In this document: positions 61,480 through 64,000 of the stretch, in pieces
Layout: each line of letters begins with the position of its first letter
Position numbering within the stretch: the first letter of the stretch is position 1
Source: Octopus sinensis
Taxonomy: Eukaryota
Length of the DNA stretch: 64,000 nt
Assembly: GCF_006345805.1 (NCBI RefSeq)
Contig: NC_043002.1
Location: 117,862,001 to 117,926,000 of the forward strand
Direction: 5' to 3'
Position numbers and translations under genes: made by a program
Notes under the pieces: model-generated
The model's input: the letters and a program-made list of their open reading frames with translations, nothing else
Told to the model about the DNA's origin: nothing
The model's database searches: none

Positions 61480-62870
61480 GAGAAACGGCAGCGACCGCTG
61501 CTACATTCGTAAGAGCTGAAGAAAGAAAGCAGCTAAGTGTGAAAAATAACGACGACGCTACTCGGCGACCAAGCCTGGCTTCGGCTGTCTTTTTGCCACC
61601 CGAGAGAGAGAGAGGAAGAAATTAGAGAAAAGATATATATATGTGTACATACATACAAATCTGTCACGACATACCTTCGGAGTCGATTCGTGCCTGTTAA
61701 GTCTGTCCGCATCGAGAGCGATGTTGCCAGAATAACAAGTCCCAATATGGCGAATCGAGTGCGTTCCAGGGTAATAATGTCTGGTAGCGGCGAATAAAAC
61801 CTCACTCATAACTTTCCTCTTACTTCGTGGGGGGGCTCCCGCCATTATTCGTGTCGACGGAAAAACACGATAACACTCCGTTATTCTTACAAGTAATTAT
61901 TATATTTTATTTATTTTTTATCATTTACTATTTCATAAATACCAAAATAAGTGATAAATTAATAAAAATTACAATTTATTATCAAATTCTTATAAATTTT
62001 ATTTCTAATTTTCATGTAAAAAAAAATAATAATTTCCCGCCATTTAATTTTTATTTGTCTTGTAAAAGTTTAGAATGTAAAAAATTAAAATAAAGACACT
62101 TAAGAGGAAGAAAAATCTATATAAAAAGTGCAGCAGTCAAAATCGATAACAGACTTCCAATATATTAACAGAAGCAACGAAAAATAACTTTCTTCGCATG
62201 TAAACAAAATTGAAATCGAGCTTCTAGAACAATAATAATTTTATTTAGGGGTGGGGTGTAACATAAATCCCGCGGTAAACGTGAGTGATGGTGCTGCAAT
62301 ATACACTCACTCATATGAATAATTAGAATTTATCTTAAAAGTTTCTTAATAATTTTTGAAATATTCCTTTAAAATAATTAGGATAATTTCTGACTGAAAA
62401 TTTTTTAATTAGGAAACAAAAAAATATTCATAATATTTAGTTCGTAATTTAACCCAATACCGGAAGTGAATAATGATACGAATGAACAATTAAATTTCAC
62501 AAAAATAATTATTGAAAAAACTTCTGTACAGCATACACGAAAATTTTAGATAGAATATTTGGTATTATATTCATTAATTGAAATTGAAAAAGAAAAGAAG
62601 ATATCTGAAATTAAGTAACGTTTTTCAGCCCGTGCAGCAAAATCGTGATCCCCACATATGTAATCTGAAAGACGTGTATGTGTGTATATGGCTGTGTGTG
62701 TGTGTGAGTGTTTCTCTACGTGTGCTCTATGTGTGTGTGTGTGTGTGTGTGCGAGTACCACGTCTTTTAAGCGAAACTCTCAGCAAGGCCGGGTCTTCTT
62801 CTTCTCTCCACCGATTCTTCTTCTTTATCGCCGGTCATTATTACAATTTCCAACCTGACTAAGTGTCAAA
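61480..62870. promoter_or_regulatory. CpG-rich promoter region, possibly bidirectional, with YY1-like and ETS motifs
   Basis: CpG density rises sharply relative to the introns. CGCCATATT (minus) at 61744-61752, CCGCCATTAT at 61839-61848 and ACCGGAAGTG at 62459-62468. A plus-strand donor AAAT|GTAAGT lies at 62871/62872. Confidence 0.55.
61675..61860 (-). other. INO80: Probable non-coding first exon of INO80 (5' boundary approximate)
   Basis: CpG-rich segment ending in a strong minus-strand donor, CCGAAG|GTATGT. Coding exon 1 begins with an acceptor, so an upstream exon is required. Confidence 0.55.
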
Positions 62871-64000
62871 TGTAAGTGTTTCACTCATTTCTAATTTCTA
62901 TCACCAATTCATCGGTTTTGGGACAACTGGAAGGAAATATTTTAATTTTTGTAGAATTTTGTTATTTTAATTTGTATTTTTTGTGTAAAAGAAAAAAAGG
63001 GAAAATATTTAATTGGAATTTTCCGATTCTTGATTACAACCAAATCTTTAATATAAATGAGTTGATGGAAATTATTTAATGTTGGTTTTCTAGAATGTAT
63101 TTTAAAAATGGAAATTAGGTTATTTGTCGGCTTTGGTGGTCGATTGGGAACTCGAAGCACCTTTCCTCCTCCGCAAACATCTTCCAAAACCAAAACCAAA
63201 AACTTTCGCCGGCGAATTCTCTCCAACTTTTCCTCTTCTTCCAAACTGGACCCGGAATCTCTCCACAATCCTTGCATCTCCAATCACTTATAAATTCATT
63301 ATCAATTCCACTTCTTCTTCTTCGTGTAAAAAGGATTTTAACAGAAACAAATCGCATTTCACTTGTGACATTCTTTTAAATAAATCCTGCATCTTCTTAA
63401 ATCTTTCTTCTTAAATCTTTCTTCTTAAATCTTTCTTATTAAACACAAACAGACTCAAAACTCCACGTATTTTGCTCCACTTTGAATAACTTTATTTTTC
63501 TCTCCTCAATTGCTATAATTATCAAATTTTAATAATTCTGGTTCTCTTCATGGAATATTTCTCAAACCCATTCGCTTCTAATCTTTTACCTTTCTCTCCA
63601 ATTATTCTCTCTCAAATTAATCAATCTTAATCAATTTATTTCACAAATACCCATTCCCCCCCTCCTTAAATTAAAACTTTGACTTTTTTTCTTTCTATTT
63701 TCTAAATTCTAAAATGATTTTCCCGCTTGATGCAGTTTTTTTGTCTAAAATCCTCCGCTTTCTTCCTTCTTCGCCACAAAAGCCTTCCTTATTTATGAAC
63801 CATTTAAACACTAATTATACAATTTCGTTATGTAATCAGGCTTCATATTATCCCCGAAACTATAAAAACTTCATTTTTCCAGGTTTTTACCATAATTTGT
63901 GTATTTAAAAAAAAAAAAAAACCTTTCCGATGGATTTTGCTTCGTTCTTTTTTCCCTTTCCGTGTTTAATAGTTTTACTTGTTTTTTTTTTTTAATTGTA

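Overview
AT-rich, repeat-dense animal genomic DNA. The SINE and RTE-LINE families point to an octopus, but this is inferred from repeat types only. The window is dominated by one minus-strand gene, the chromatin-remodelling ATPase INO80. I trace 25 coding exons from the ATG at 49230 down to 1865 (3090 nt, 1030 codons), all GT-AG and phase-consistent. The C-terminal helicase lobe lies beyond the left edge. A probable non-coding first exon and a CpG-rich, possibly bidirectional promoter lie at about 61.5-62.9 kb. Introns contain tRNA/CORE-type SINEs, RTE and CR1-group LINE remnants, TTAA piggyBac derivatives and MITEs, hAT and Tc1/mariner remnants, two Helitron/Helentron-type non-autonomous elements, a 276-bp-arm foldback element and long microsatellites. 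Two observations stand out. First, a roughly 1.9-kb island (about 3100-4970) in a late INO80 intron is compositionally foreign and reads like protein only if TAA/TAG encode Gln (ciliate-type code); it is either a chimeric parasite contig or a horizontal insertion. Second, a Penelope-type minimal hammerhead ribozyme lies at 48416-48464. Repeat boundaries are approximate unless TIR or TSD coordinates are given. No database searches were run.
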